DNA of 64,000 nt, taken from contig CAWHTV010000004.1 in assembly GCA_963832395.1 (NCBI GenBank), forward strand, positions 1,780 through 65,779, given 5' to 3'. Position numbers and translations under genes: made by a program. Shown piece by piece: positions 10,278 through 23,373 of this stretch. The notes under the pieces were generated by a model that searched no databases, was not told where the DNA came from, and was given only the letters and a program-made list of their open reading frames with translations. Each line of letters begins with the position of its first letter. Position 1 is the stretch's first letter. The DNA comes from an uncultured delta proteobacterium. Its GTDB lineage: Bacteria; Desulfobacterota; Binatia; Binatales; Binataceae.

Positions 10278-13200
10278 TTATCCAAGCACGACGCGCACGC
10301 GATGGGTAACTCCATCGTCGGTCAGCGGAATTTGCCGGGAAGTCTCTGGCAGCGCCTCGCCATCGAGCTCCAGGTGAGTCACTCCGCGGCTGACTCTACG
10401 CGGATTTTCGACCGAGATCTCGTAGCGCGTGGAGTGGTACCTGAAAGTGATCTCGTAGCCTCGCCAGCTAGCCGGTATGCAGGGATCGAAGATTAGCGTT
10501 TCGCCCCGCAAACGAAATCCGAGTATCCACTCGAGCCCCGCCCGATACATCCATCCGGCGGAGCCCGTGTACCAGGTCCATCCGCCGCGCCCTGTGTGCG
10601 GAGGCATCGAGTAAACGTCGGCGCAGGCGACGTACGGCTCGACCTTATAGCGATGAATGCCGGCACGCGTGCTTGAATGATTGATGGGATTCAAGATTGA
10701 GAACAGCTCGGCGGCTTTGTCGCCGTCGCCGAGCATCGCGAAGGCGATTACCGACCATACCGCCGCGTGCGTGTATTGGCCGCCGTTCTCTCGTATGCCG
10801 GGCGGGTATCCTTTGATATATCCCGGGTCGAGCGGCGTCTGATCGAACGGCGGGGTGAAGAGCAGGACCAGGCCTTCATCGCGGCGAACGAGGTATTCGT
10901 CCACCGCCGCCATCGCGAGCGCGGCGCGAACTGGATTCGCGGCGCCGGAGATCACACCCCAGGATTGCGCGATCGAATCAATGCGGCATTCAAGGCTGGA
11001 GGCCGAACCCAGCGGCGTTCCGTCATCGAAATACCCGCGCCGATACCAACTGCCATCCCATCCTTCCCGCTCGAGCGATTCCCGCAACCCGGCCGCATGA
11101 TGCCGCCAGAGCGTGGCACGGGCCGTGCTCTCCGCGATCATCCGCCAACCGCGCGAAAGCCGAAAGCGCCGCGTGAAGGAACCAGCCGAGCCAAATGCTC
11201 TCGCCGCGGCCACCTTCGCCGACCCGGTTCATGCCGTCATTCCAATCTCCCGAGCCAATCAGCGGCAGGCCATGACTGCCGACCGCCAAACTGAGGTCGA
11301 GCGCGCGCGCGCAGTGTTCGTACAGAGAGCCGTGCTCTTCGGAGACCGTCGGCAGAAAGTACGATTCAGCTTCGCCCGTCGCCGAGAGCGGGGCCCTCGA
11401 GAAACGGAACCGTCTCGTCGAGCACGGCGAGATCGTTGGTGACCTCGACATATTGAGCGGCGGTAAACGGCAACCATACGCGGTCGTCGGAGACTCGAGT
11501 GCGCACTCCTTGTCCCGACGGCGGAAGCCACCAGTGCTGAACGTCGCCGGCGACGAACTGGCGCGCGGCGGCACGCAGCAGATGCTCTCGCGCGATGTCG
11601 GGCTTCGATACCGCCAGCGCCATCACGTCCTGAAGCTGATCGCGAAAGCCGTACGCGCCGCTGGCCTGGTAGAATGCCGAGCGGGCCCACACGCGGCAGG
11701 CGAGAGTCTGATAGAGCAGCCAGCGGTTGAGCATGATGTCGATGGAACGATCGGGCGTTTTCACCTGAACCGTGCCGAGGACGTCGTCCCATCGACGCGT
11801 CGTCGCGGCGAGGACCGCGTCGAGGTCGGCGGTTCGGTATTTTGCGACCATGGAAAGCGCCTGCGCCCTGTTCGCCGCCTCGCCGAGAAAGAAAACGATT
11901 TCGGTCGCGCCGTTCGGCTTGAGCTCGAGACGGGTCTGCAGGGCGCCGCAGGGATCGAGCGCGGCGCCGGCCCGATTCGAGAGCGGCGCGGCGCCGGCGA
12001 GCGCGGCCGGATTGTCGAGACTCCCGTTGCGGCCGAGAAACTCAGTGCGGTCGCCGGTCCATGAGAGTTGCTGGCCGCTCAAGTCCGCGAATGCCACGCG
12101 ACCGCCATACTCGGTGTTAAAGGAGTTCCGTGCGAGCATCGCGCGGGTATCAGAATCGATCTCGGTCACAATGAACGGCGCGGACGCGCCGCGCGAAGTG
12201 CCGAGCACCCATTCGACGTACGCGGTGACCGAGAGGCGCCGCGAGCGCGTCGAGAGGTTGCGGATCTTCAGGCGCGAAATTTTGATCGAGTCTTCGAGCG
12301 GCACGTACTGCTCGAGTTCGAGCGAAATTCCGTGCGAGGTGTGCTCGAAAACGCTGTAGCCCTGGCCGTGACGAACCGAGTAAGGCGCGGCATCCTCGCG
12401 AATCGGCAACGCGGTAGGGCCCCAAAGTTCGTTGGTGTCTTCGTCGCGAACGTAGATCACTTCACCGGGCCGGTCGCTGACCGGATCGTTCGACCACGGA
12501 GTGATTTGATTTTCGCGACTGTTGATCGACCAGGTGTAGCCCGCGCCCTCGACCGAGACCTGGAAGCCGAACGAGGGATTGGCGATCACGTTGATCCATG
12601 GCGCCGGCGTCCACTGTCCCTCGCCGAGAATCGTCACGTATTCGCGACCGTCAGCGGCAAAGCCGCCGAGGCCGTTGAAAAACTCCAGTGCGGGCCGCGC
12701 CGAGGCGGTCGTCTGGCGGACGAATCACCGGCGCGCGGCGCGGCGGCGGCGCGGCGGCGGGCTCGATTACCTCCAGGCGTTTGACTTGCTCAGACGAGGG
12801 TTCCGCGCCGGCCGAGCAGCACCGCTCGCGCCACGGCCTGGAGGAGGCTTCGCACCTCGACCGAAACCAGGTCGGCGCGCAGCACGAACACGTCTCCGCG
12901 GGCGCCTTCCTGCGTCGGAATGCGGCCGCGCCTGATTCGCACGTGCCAGCGCCTCCAGCGCGGTCTGCAAATCCTGATCGTAGGACGGAGGCCGCTCGTT
13001 CAGAATCACGAGATCGACGTCGAAGCGTTTCATCCGCCAATATTCGTGGGCGCGCACCAGCTCGCGAACGATTTCCAGGTCTTCGGCCTCATCGATCCGA
13101 ACCAGCACGATCGGCAGGTCGCCGGAGATTCCGTTGGCCCAAAGCTTCGATGGTCCGCCCTCGCTTCGCTCCAGCACGTCGGGCGAGGGCCGCAGCGTCG

Positions 13201-16200
13201 GATCGGAGTAGAGCACGCGATTGGCGAGACGCTGGAAGAGATGCGCTTCGTCGGGGCCGACGCCGAGGTGATGGAGCTGCACTTGCGCCTGGGTCCAGGC
13301 GAGCGTCACCGCCCGCTCGAAGGCGGTGGGGTCGTGATGCTTGTCCACCAGGTCGAGTGCTTCGGCGCGAGTGGGTGCGATCATCGTCCAGAACGCGACG
13401 CGTGCGGTGGCGCCCGCCGGCTATTCGCACGCGGCGGCGAAGACTAAAAATCGGATCGAGTACGGTACCGACCGTATTGGAGAGCGGCTGGCCGTCGATT
13501 ACCGAGATCGGCGTGCGAATGGCGCGCCCGCGCCCAAGGAAACGTGCGCGGTCCGTCTCGAATTGTACGTCGCCCGCGGACTCACCTTCGACGACCGCGA
13601 GATGCGCCGCCCAGACGCTGGGACGTCGGCGGTCGAGCGCGGCCGGCGCGTGGCCAGCAGCGCGCCGACGTCGGCCTCGAACTCCGTCTGCACGAACATC
13701 TTGGAGAAGGCTGGATGGGCGGCGTCGGCCGCGTCGGGCGCCAACACGATTTCGGCGTAGGAGGTCAGCTCGATCTCGCGCGTGCGGTTGCCGAGATTCG
13801 AGATCGACACGCGGCGGACTTCGGCGTCATCCTCGGGCGAGACCGCCACTTCGAGCGTCGTCCTGATCGTGCCGTCGCGTCTCACGATCTCGGCGCGATC
13901 CTCCGAAAACTCCACTTCATAGCTGTCCGCCTCGACGCTGCTCGGCTGGTACCCGGCCGACCAGACCTTGGCGCTGTGTACGTCGCGCAGGAAAATGTAC
14001 GTGCCCCACGAATCGCAAGTGACGTCCTCGCGCCATCGCGTGACCGCCAGGTCCCGCCAGCGGCTGAAGCCCGAGCCGGCCGCCGTGATCATCACCGTGT
14101 ACCTGCCGTTCGACAGCAGATGCGTGCGGGGAATCAGATCGTGCGGTGAATGAAACCGGCGGATCGTGGGCGGAGTAATCTCACGAACGTTGGCGTCGGC
14201 CTTGACCTCTTCGGCGCGCGGGCGGGCAACCGCGACACCGCGCGGAGTCCGCTCCTGCAGCAGAAGCTCCGTCGCCTGGATGATGGGCTCGGCGTGAAAG
14301 CGCGTGCGCATCGCGCCGCCGTGGAGCGCGTCGGTCGATCGCTACCAGGGTCATCCCCTGATGATGCGCCATGTAAGCGCGCACGATCGCGACCGTCTCG
14401 CCCTCGGGAACGCGCGACGGGGTATAGTCCAGAGCCTCATACCAGCCGAATCGGCCGAGGCCGCCGGCGGCACGGAGCCGCGAGAAATTCTGCGCCGCGG
14501 CTTCCGGATCGACCATCGCCGCCAGCGCCGTCGCGTAGGGCGCGATGACCGCGTTCTCTCTCAGTCCCCGCTTCAGCCCCAGACCGGGCACGCCGAAATT
14601 CGAGTACTGATAGGTGAGTTCGAGATCTCTCGCGTTGTATGCGGATTCCGAGATGCCCCACGGCACGCCAAGCTGGGCGCCATATTTAATCTGGCGCCGC
14701 ACCACGAGGCGGTTGGTTTGCTCCAGCAGGCTCCCCGCTGGCGCGCGCATCACCAGCGACGGCATCAGGTACTCGAACATCGATCCCGACCATGAGATCA
14801 ATGCCGAACCGCGATCCACCGGCGTCAGGCCGCGCCCCAGGCGAAACCAGTGCAGGGCCGGCACGTCACCCTTGGCAATTGCGACAAAGCTCGCAAGGCG
14901 CGCCTCGGAGGCGAGCAGGTCGTAACAGTTGGGGTCGAGACTGCCGTCGGCGACGCGGTAGCCGATCGAGAACAGGTGGCGCGCGGGATCGAAGAGAAAG
15001 TCGAATTTCATCGCGTCGAACATCTTGCCCGCGATGGCGCCGAGTGCCGTCAGCCTTCGCTCGAGCGCGCGGGCCGCGTCGGCAGAGCGCGCGAGGGCCT
15101 CGGCAATCGTCGTCGATTCGCGCGGACGAGCCGGCTGTCGCACCGGTCTCGCCGGTCTCACCGACCTGGCCGATCTTGGCCGCGAGCTCGGCTCTTGCGA
15201 CATGCGAGGATGCCGATTGCCTCCGCGCAGCGGTCAGGCAGATCGCCCAAGGTCGGTATCGAATCGAACAGCGTGCCGAACAAGCGTGTCTTGAGAAATT
15301 CCGTTCGCCTCTTTCGCGACCAGCGCGCGTTCCCGCGTCGAGTAGTGAGGAGACTCGCCCAGGGCATAAGCAGTTCGACCTCGCGCCGCTGACTGTCGAT
15401 GGAGGCGCGTATGGCGCCCGCCCAAGCGAGCAACTCCGCACCGGCGCCATCGCCGCGTTCAGTGGTCAGCGTTTGCGCAATGTCGATGACGGAGTCGGCG
15501 TGGAGCCCAAGTTCCGCCAACTGCGCGGCCAGACCCGCAGGAGTTCGCGGATCCGACTGGAGCACGGCGGAAAGCGCGTCGAGCGCCTCGTCCAGTTGTT
15601 TCGGAGTGACGGTGTGAGCGCGCAGGTCGCCGGCGAGCGCGGGAAGTGACTCGCGAGTGAGCGCGACCGCGTCTTGAATCCCGGACCGCCATGACGAATC
15701 CGCGATCGGACGGCCTATGATCTCGCGGCACGCGCTTGCGAACGCAATCAGATGTCCGGCGAGATTCCCGCTATCCACCGAAGAGACGTACTTCGGGTCC
15801 AGCGGACGCAAATCGCGTGTGTCGTACCAATTGTAGAAATGTCCGCGAAAAAGTTCGAGCCGGCTCATCGTCTCGAATGTCGCTTCCATCCGGTCCACGG
15901 TCTCGTGCGCACCGATCCAGCCGAAATCGTGCGCTGCTATCGCGGACAGCAGGTACAGCCCAAGGTTGGTGGGGGACGTTCGATGAGCCAGTACGGGCTT
16001 CGGGTCTTCCTGAAAGTTGTCGGGCGCAAGCATGTTATCTTCCGCCGTCACAAACGTCTCGAAGAAGCGCCAGGTGCGGCGCGCGATCAGTCTGAGGGCT
16101 AGTGCGTCCGCGAGAGGGAGCGGTTTGGACCCGGCAGATTGTGGCGGAAGACTCGCCCACCGCGCGACGGCTGGCGAAAGTATCCACAGGAAGACGAACG

Positions 16201-19167
16201 GAGCGGCGATAAACCCGGCGCCGTGTCCTGCGAACCCGACGAAAACAGCAGCCGCCGCGCCCAGCGCGACGCCGCCGGCCATCCTGCCATAGAACCCTCG
16301 AAGATCGAGGTGAGTCGTCAACTTGGCCTGCGCGGCAGTCACCCACTCGAGCATCAGCCGATGACTCACGAACAGACGGTACAGTGTTCGTACGATCGCG
16401 TCGCTCATCAGCCACGCCTGATGCGCGAGCAGCGTAACGAGCATCGCGATCTGCGACGCCGGCAGCGGCGAGGTCCGCGCCCACCGCACGCACATGACTG
16501 CGCTTGGAAATATCGAGGCGCCGCGGCACGAGCCCGGTGAGGAACGGCAGCATCGGCGGCAAAGCAAGCGTCGCGAGAACGAATCCCGTCCAGATCCAGG
16601 CGCAAGCGGGAGCGAGGGTCCATCCCGCGATCAATGCAAGGAAGGCGGCCGGCGCCGACAGCGTGCGGCGCAGATTGTCGATCATTTTCCAGCGGCCGAT
16701 CAGCGGAATCGCAGCTCGGGTGTCGGGAATCGCGGTTGCGCTCCGGTCACGGCCCGAGCCGTGCCCGCGGCCGAAAATCCAGGGGAGCAATTGCCAATCG
16801 CCGCGCGCCCATCGATGCTGGCGGGCGGCGGCGACGTCATAGCGTGACGGAAACTCCTCGACGACCTCGATGTCGGAGACCAATCCAGCGCGCGCGAAGA
16901 TTCCCTCGAACAGGTCGTGACTCAAAAGTGTGTTGTCGGGAACGCGGGCACTCAGCGCGGCCTCGAAAATATCGACGTCGTAGATTCCCTTCCCGCTGTA
17001 CGAACCTTCGCCGAACAAATCCTGGTACACGTCGGAAACCGCGAACGCGTACGGGTCGATGCCACTCGCGCTGGAGAAGACGCGCTGAAAGACCGACCCC
17101 TCGCGACCCGTCGGCAGCGAGGGCGTGACTCGCGGCTGAAGCACCCCGTAACCCTCGACCACGCGACCGCGACGCGCGTCGAACCGCGGACCGTTGAGCG
17201 CGTGAGCCATCTTGCCGACCAGCCGTTTGGCGGCTCCGCGCGGCAGGCGGGTATCGGCATCGAGGGTGATCACGTAGCGGACCCCGGCAGGCACGACCAG
17301 GGCTGGTCCGCCATCTTTGCAACGAAGGTCGTGTCGGTCGCGCCGCGGAGCAAGCGATTCAACTCGTGAAGTTTTCCGCGCTTGCGTTCCCACCCCATCC
17401 ACTTTCCCTCCGCCTCGTTCCAGCTTCGCCGGCGATGCAGCAGGAGAAATCTCTCCCCATCCGGCGCGAGTCCGTGGCGCTGGTTCAAGCGCGCGATCGC
17501 GGCAGCGGCCGCGCCGAGAAGCTCTTCGTCACCTGGCGCATTTTCGGTTGCGGAATCGGTCCAGTCCGAGAGCAGCGCGAAACGAAGGTCGCCGTCCTGA
17601 CTCGCCAGATAGTGAACCTCCAGGCGCTCGACTTGCTCCTCGAGCTCCGCTCGCGTTGTCAGAAGAGTGGGCATCACGACAATCGTGCGCAAACCGGCCG
17701 GTACTCCGTCGTGAAGCTCCAAACCAGGCAGGGTTGCCGGGCCGATACAGATCGTGACGGCCCGGTTCACCAACGACACGGCCGCGTCCATCGCGGGGAT
17801 GACCGCGAGCATCGCGAGCATGAAGCACGTCCGTCCGCTGACGCCGGACTCCACCAGAGCGAGCAACGGCAAGGCGAGGATGGTCGCGCTGACGGCAGCG
17901 ATCATTCCGAGATAACCCAGGATTCCGGCTGCGGCGTTGGCGCGAACAATCCAGTCGCGAAAGGGCGCACGAAATCCGAGTTCCGTCTCGAGCGCATGAC
18001 GCCCCCGCGAGATGAGGTAATAGCCGGGATCATGCTCGCGGCGAGCAGTTGCGCCGTCGCGGTTCGGGCCCTCGGGGGCTGCGCGCTTGGCGGCCGCGAT
18101 TGCAAGTTGGGCGACCTCGAGTCTCGGTGTGGCCCGAACCTCGTGCGAGTTCTTCTATCGCGTGCCGATAGCGATCGCGGGTTGGGAAATCCATCGCGGC
18201 GAAGTCGCTGCCCGCGCGCAGCACCGCGTCTACGTGACTGACGCTCTCGAAGAACTCGGCCCAATCGACGGCGGATATGAGGCGCATGCTCGTGATCACG
18301 TTGCGTACGGTCACGTTCATCGCGCCTTGCCCGTGATGCTCGTCGCGGACGAGCTCGTCGGCCGTCGTTCCCTGGGCCAGCAGGCGTCGGTCGAGCCACA
18401 GCAGCGCCGGCGTCACCTTAGGATCCTGATCGCGCAAGCGCTGAACCAGCTGGACCGCGAAGGCCCTGGGTAAAGGCGTTTGTTCGAAGCCTTTGAGAGC
18501 GGTTTCAGGGCGCTCCGCTTCGCGCCCGCCAACTCCCAGCAGCCGGTTGGCCAAAGCGTCGGCCTCCTGTCGCGCCGCGCGGCCGCTGACGATGCGTTCA
18601 GTGCAGCGCCGCAAGTTTTCCACCAGGACGATTCTGAGCGTAATCGCAACCGCCCAGAGCTCACCGATTGTCAGCGGCTGCACGCACTGGTACGCCTGCA
18701 CGAACTTGCCAAGCATTTGCGAGTCGAAACGACTGTCGGTATGCGCGACAAAGGCCCAGGCGATGCCGAATACGCGCGGATAGCCCTCGAGAGGCCCATC
18801 GGCAAGTTTGGGCAGTTGACGGTAGAAGCCGCGCGGGAGGTCGTCGCGGATTTCGCGAATCTGTTCCTCGACTACATGGAAGTTGTCAACGAGCCACTCG
18901 GCTGCGGGCGTGATGGAACGTTCCTCGCGAATTGCGACTGCGATCGCGCGATACGCGTCGAGCAAGACCCGGCCGTTTTCCCGCAGCCGCGTCGCTAACC
19001 GCCGTCCAGTCTTCGGCTCTCGTCGTGACCGGCTGCGCGGCGGCGAGACTCTCAGCATGCTGCTCGAGGCGCTCGATACTGAACAGTTCCGCGCGGATCG
19101 GTTCTTCGGTGTTGGCGGCAAAAGTTGCGGATGGAGCCTTCAGCGCACGAAGAAACACGAGATTCAC
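10278..19167 (-). CDS. ndvB: Cyclic beta-1,2-glucan synthase (GT84 + GH94 phosphorylase), split by about 10 frameshifts
   Basis: Consecutive fragments carry 'AAEWLVDNFHVVEEQIRE', 'MGWERKRGKLHELN', 'YVITLDADTRLP', 'LLSHDLFEG', 'RQHRWARGDWQL', 'RTSPTNLG', 'YDLLASEARL', 'LISWSGSMFEYLMP', 'FYQASGAYGFRDQLQD', 'GSGDWNDGMN', 'RENGGQYTHA', 'GGWTWYTGSAGW'. Confidence 0.9.
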
Positions 19168-19796
19168 ACTTGCCTCTCAGTTTAGTAAATGCGCCAAAAG
19201 CGATGGGCGGGATGGTTCATCGTTGGTTTCATCTCATTCACTCGCGGACAGTGCACTGTCGCTATCAGCCCGTCGAAGGCGGTTGTGTCCGTGCGAGCGC
19301 ACGCTTCCGTCAGGGCCTGGTGTATTGACCTTAACACACTGGACTCGACCTTCCGCGATTCGACGAAGATCCGACGAATCTCAAGCCAAACCTTCTGTGA
19401 CGTTCAGCGCTGGGCCCTATTGGTCATCCCCCATGTGTCCCTGTGAGGAGGTCTGAACGTGCGCGAACAGTCCATGGGGGCGAGATTCGAAACGAGGCCG
19501 CAGCGGGCAGAGAGCCAAACGGTGACCGGCGTCCGGCGTGGCGAATAGTCAGTCTGAAGGTCGGGGCATTGGGACCGGCGGAAGAAACCCTCGGCCGCTG
19601 ATTGATGGTGCAAGATCCCGCTAGCCGAGCTTTGCAAAAAGGCTCGTCGGTCTGGATAATGTTGACGACCGTTCGGAATTTCGAGGTCGCCGAAGGTCAA
19701 TCAGTGGATTTCGGAACGTCCCGGAGCTTCCATTGTGGCCGGGAGCTGGATTCACGGCTGCGCGGCCGAGGAAAACGGCCCGGGGGATGGATTCAA

Positions 19797-20907
19797 GTGA
19801 TTAAGAGAAACGCTCGGCATCCGCAACTGCTTTGCGCGTGGATTCTCGGGCTTGCCCTGACTATGTGGGCCACAAGTGCGTCGGCCAAGTGGTACGTGGT
19901 CGTCGGCACGCTGCCCAACAACATCGAGGTCGTCGACACCACCACCGACAAAGTGGTCAAGACCATCGCGCTGGAGGGCCAAGGACCGGTGCTCTCGGTC
20001 GCCACCGACCCGACCATGCCTCGCTACGCCTATGCAACGACCAATCTTGACCAGGCCATCGCGGTCGTCGACCTGGAACAGGGTAAGCAGGTCGCGACCT
20101 ACAAGCTCTCCAGCGATACCGAGATCGTACGGGTCGAGGCAACCAACCTGAATCCGAAGGGCGATCGGCTTTACGTCTACGAGCTGCCGCTGAAACAGAG
20201 TCTCGGCCGCTATCAGCACGAAGCGCCGCGGTTTCGCGTGTTCGACACCACTACCAACAAGGTGGTGAAGACGTTTCCCGCGCCTGAACAAAGCCTGTCG
20301 TTCGCGTTCTCGCCCGATGGCAAGCGGATATACACCTTCTGCATCGGCCAGGACATCATCGTACTCGATTCGGAAGACGGCCATGTTCTGGGCTCGATTC
20401 CACTCGCCCATCGGAACATTACGGGGATTCGCGCCACCTACGGCTTACCGGTACTAGCGAATTACCAGGAGCAGGATTACTTGCTCACCTTCGCGATAAT
20501 CGTCGAAGACTCGATAACCGACACCGATACTCTGTCGCTTGGGATTATCGACCTCAAACAGCAGAACCCGGAGTTGCAGGTTGTCGAGCTCGAACCCTTC
20601 GTCGAAGACTGGTACACGGTCGAAGGAATCGGCACCGCGCCTGACCTGCATAAGGCGTTCTTTGTGTGGAATGACCTGTGGAAGGTTGACTACAAGACCG
20701 GAAAAGAGAGAGGCGGTGGCTACATTGGCGAATAGTCAGGCGGTGCCGCTGATTCATCCCGACGGCAAGAAGCTGTACTGCGGCGGCCAATGGCACTCGC
20801 TCAACGTATATGACACCGAGACCCTGAAGCACATCACCGACGTCGAGCTCGGCCATTCGATGGCTGCGTCAGGGATGAGATTCATCAGGAGCGACAAGGA
20901 TCTGTAG
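19797..20907 (+). CDS. qhpB: QHNDH beta-subunit paralog (signal peptide + beta-propeller), frameshift near 20710
   Basis: Near-identical blocks with the in-cluster beta subunit at 37965-39108 (e.g. 'VVDLEQGKQVATYKLSSDTE', 'RNITGIRATYGLP', 'FAIIVEDSITDTDTLSLG', 'YCGGQWH'); signal peptide ends in ASA. Confidence 0.75.
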
Positions 20908-21087
20908 CGCGGCGGCGAAAATGCGCGCCGGCAAGTGGCTCAGCTCGACGTCCTGGCTGATTGCTCCGTCCACCCCCGCGCATTCTCGAGAACCGAGTAA
21001 CCTCCACGAACGCGTCCCGCGGATCCCACCTGACGCCATCGGAGCGAGCGTGCTGCGACAAGGTGTGCGTTTTCCCGAGGCGGCAAG

Positions 21088-22111
21088 GTGAACTGCGGTT
21101 CCGCGCCGGAGCCTGCTTCCTCGCCGGAGCAGAGACCGCCGGTGCCGGCCAACGCGCTCTGGAAAAGGGCGCTTCCGTATTTCGGGACACTGGTCATCTT
21201 CGCGCTCATCTTTTGGCGTATTCCGATCGCCAAAGTCGGTGAAGCGCTCGAGCATGTGCCAGTACTGAAGTTCTTCGGTGTATTCCTTCCCTTCTGCGTG
21301 CTCTACTGGATAATCGATTCCTTGTGTTTGACCTGGGTCGTTCGCCGATTCAACGCAGCACTGCGATTGCGCGACATCATGCCCATCCGCGCGAGCATGT
21401 ACCTGCTGTCGCTAATCAATAGCAATCTCGGGCAGGGCGGTGTCGCCTGGTACCTGCATCGCAAGACCGCGGTTCCGTTCCTCGAGATGCTGAGCTCGAT
21501 CCTGTTCATCGCCCTGATGGAGATATATCAGCTCTTCCTTTTCTCCACGCTGGGTGTGATTTTATATTCGCCGAATTCCCCCGCGCAGCTGGAGATCGTG
21601 CGTGTTCTCCGGGTTGCATACGTCATAGCATGGCTTGTGCTGGCCACGGTGATTTCTTTCTTCGCATATGCGCGTCGGAGCGATCGTGCGCGCGGCTGGA
21701 TCACCCGCGGCAGGGCCGGCTGCTATCACCACGACTTTTATGGCGGCCCGGCCTCTCGACTACGCGATCGTGCTCGGAATCAAAGCTCCCAGTTTTATGC
21801 TGTCAGTGATGACGCAATACTTCGCGCTCTCGCTGTATAGCATCCCGATTCCATTCGCCCAGTTGGTGCTGTTTCTTCCACTTGTGTTTCTCGCCGCGGC
21901 GCTACCGATCTCGGTTGCCCATCTGGGCACCAGCCAGGCGGCCTGGCTGCTTTTCTTTTCAGGTAGTGCGCCAGCGGCGAAAATCCTCGCGTACAGCCTC
22001 GCCGCGCATTTTACCTTCATGTTCTGCAATGGGTTGATCGGACTGTTCTATCTGCCGCGCGCGAGCCGCGAACTGACTACGCTCGGTGCAATAGCGCCGG
22101 GTGATGGATAA
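21088..22111 (+). CDS. Lysylphosphatidylglycerol synthase TM / flippase-like membrane protein, frameshift near 21720
   Basis: Multi-TM protein; 'SNLGQGGVAWYL', 'LPISVAHLGTSQAAW' resemble the LPG_synthase_TM family. Confidence 0.65.
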
Positions 22112-22243
22112 CTGCGGGCTGGGCAATTCGTCTGGCTAATCATGTCGTCAAAAGGACAGCACAAAAAACACAAACGGGAGTGTGAGAATAGGAGGCCGAA
22201 CAGCGTCCTTGACAGCGGCCTCCCGCTGATCGATAAACCGTGC

Positions 22244-22510
22244 ATGAAGCTCCAACATACCGCAGCGCTGGCGCTAACCGGCTGGTTTCTGATCACACCG
22301 CCGCCGCAGGCCAATGGTCACTACGACACCTCGGCGCCCTTGTCCCGGTGGAAAATCGAAGGAGGAGCCGGTACACGCAAAGAATGCAAGGAGACGCAAG
22401 CTCTTCTCACTTCCCGCGCCACTAAGGAGAGCCGCCCGAGCGATGTCGAAGCGGTAAAGGACGCCCAGTGCGTCCCGATGGATGATCCGCGCCTTCTAGG
22501 AAAACCGTAG
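22244..22510 (+). CDS. Small secreted hypothetical protein (WFLITPP...APLSxW domain, 2 Cys)
   Basis: Short N-terminal hydrophobic stretch; homologous to the C-terminus of 23374-24232. Confidence 0.6.
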   Translation: MKLQHTAALALTGWFLITPPPQANGHYDTSAPLSRWKIEGGAGTRKECKETQALLTSRATKESRPSDVEAVKDAQCVPMDDPRLLGKP

Positions 22511-22557
22511 ACGGATGCGATTCACGCAAAGAAATAGTATCGACGGAAGGAGAACCA

Positions 22558-23187
22558 GTGAATCGAACGCTCATTGGAATCAGTCGCAGCAAACAAGTGG
22601 CTATCGGGCATATATTCACGCGGCGGCAAATGATCGCCTGGAGTGCGATTGCGCTCGGTGGTTTGGCAATGGCGCCTACCGTGGCATTGGCGGATGCTTC
22701 CGCGGAATCGAATCCGGGTGGTAGAAAAACGGACGCTCAAGTTTCTCAACGCGACCTCGACGCGCTTTCAAAGGCCAGTGTTCTTTATATCGCCACCGTC
22801 CGCAAAGACGGTAACCAGAGCACGCCGGCACCGGTCTGGTTCACGGTCGCACCCGACAACGCGGTGCTTATTCAGACGCAGCCCACGACGTGGAAAGCCA
22901 AGCGGATTCGCCGTGGCAGTCCCGTGATCGTCTGGATAGGCAAGAAGAACGGTTCGGCATTCATCGGCAAAGCGGAAATAACCAACGATCCGGCAGTATC
23001 GCGCCAAATAGTCGAAGAGTTTCCGAAACGGTACTTAATGGCGCGGCTCGGGCTATATCGGCCGACCCAGGAGATGTTTGCCAAGGGCCAGATTCTCCCC
23101 ATAAAGATCACGCCGGTTCGCGATCTGTCTGAAGGATTCGCGTCTAACCCCGGCACTCCCGCTCCGAGCCTGGCCGGAGAACATTAA
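22558..23187 (+). CDS. PPOX/split beta-barrel (flavin/F420-binding) family protein with Tat-like signal
   Basis: 'YIATVRKDGNQSTPAPVWF', 'WKAKRIRRGSPV'; 'TRRQMI' then hydrophobic stretch then ALA. Confidence 0.75.
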   Translation: MNRTLIGISRSKQVAIGHIFTRRQMIAWSAIALGGLAMAPTVALADASAESNPGGRKTDAQVSQRDLDALSKASVLYIATVRKDGNQSTPAPVWFTVAPDNAVLIQTQPTTWKAKRIRRGSPVIVWIGKKNGSAFIGKAEITNDPAVSRQIVEEFPKRYLMARLGLYRPTQEMFAKGQILPIKITPVRDLSEGFASNPGTPAPSLAGEH

Positions 23188-23373
23188 CCGCCATAAGTGC
23201 CCGCCGCTATAGGATGCGACATCTGGATCCTAGAGACATGTAGTCGCCCGGGCCTCTCGAATCCGTGCCAGCTTTTTTTTGGGATCGGGCAACTGGGAGT
23301 GCGCAAAGTGAAAGCTTCTGGTATGTTGTTGTAAACATAGAATCGGTACTTACCTTCGGCTGGACGGCATTCG

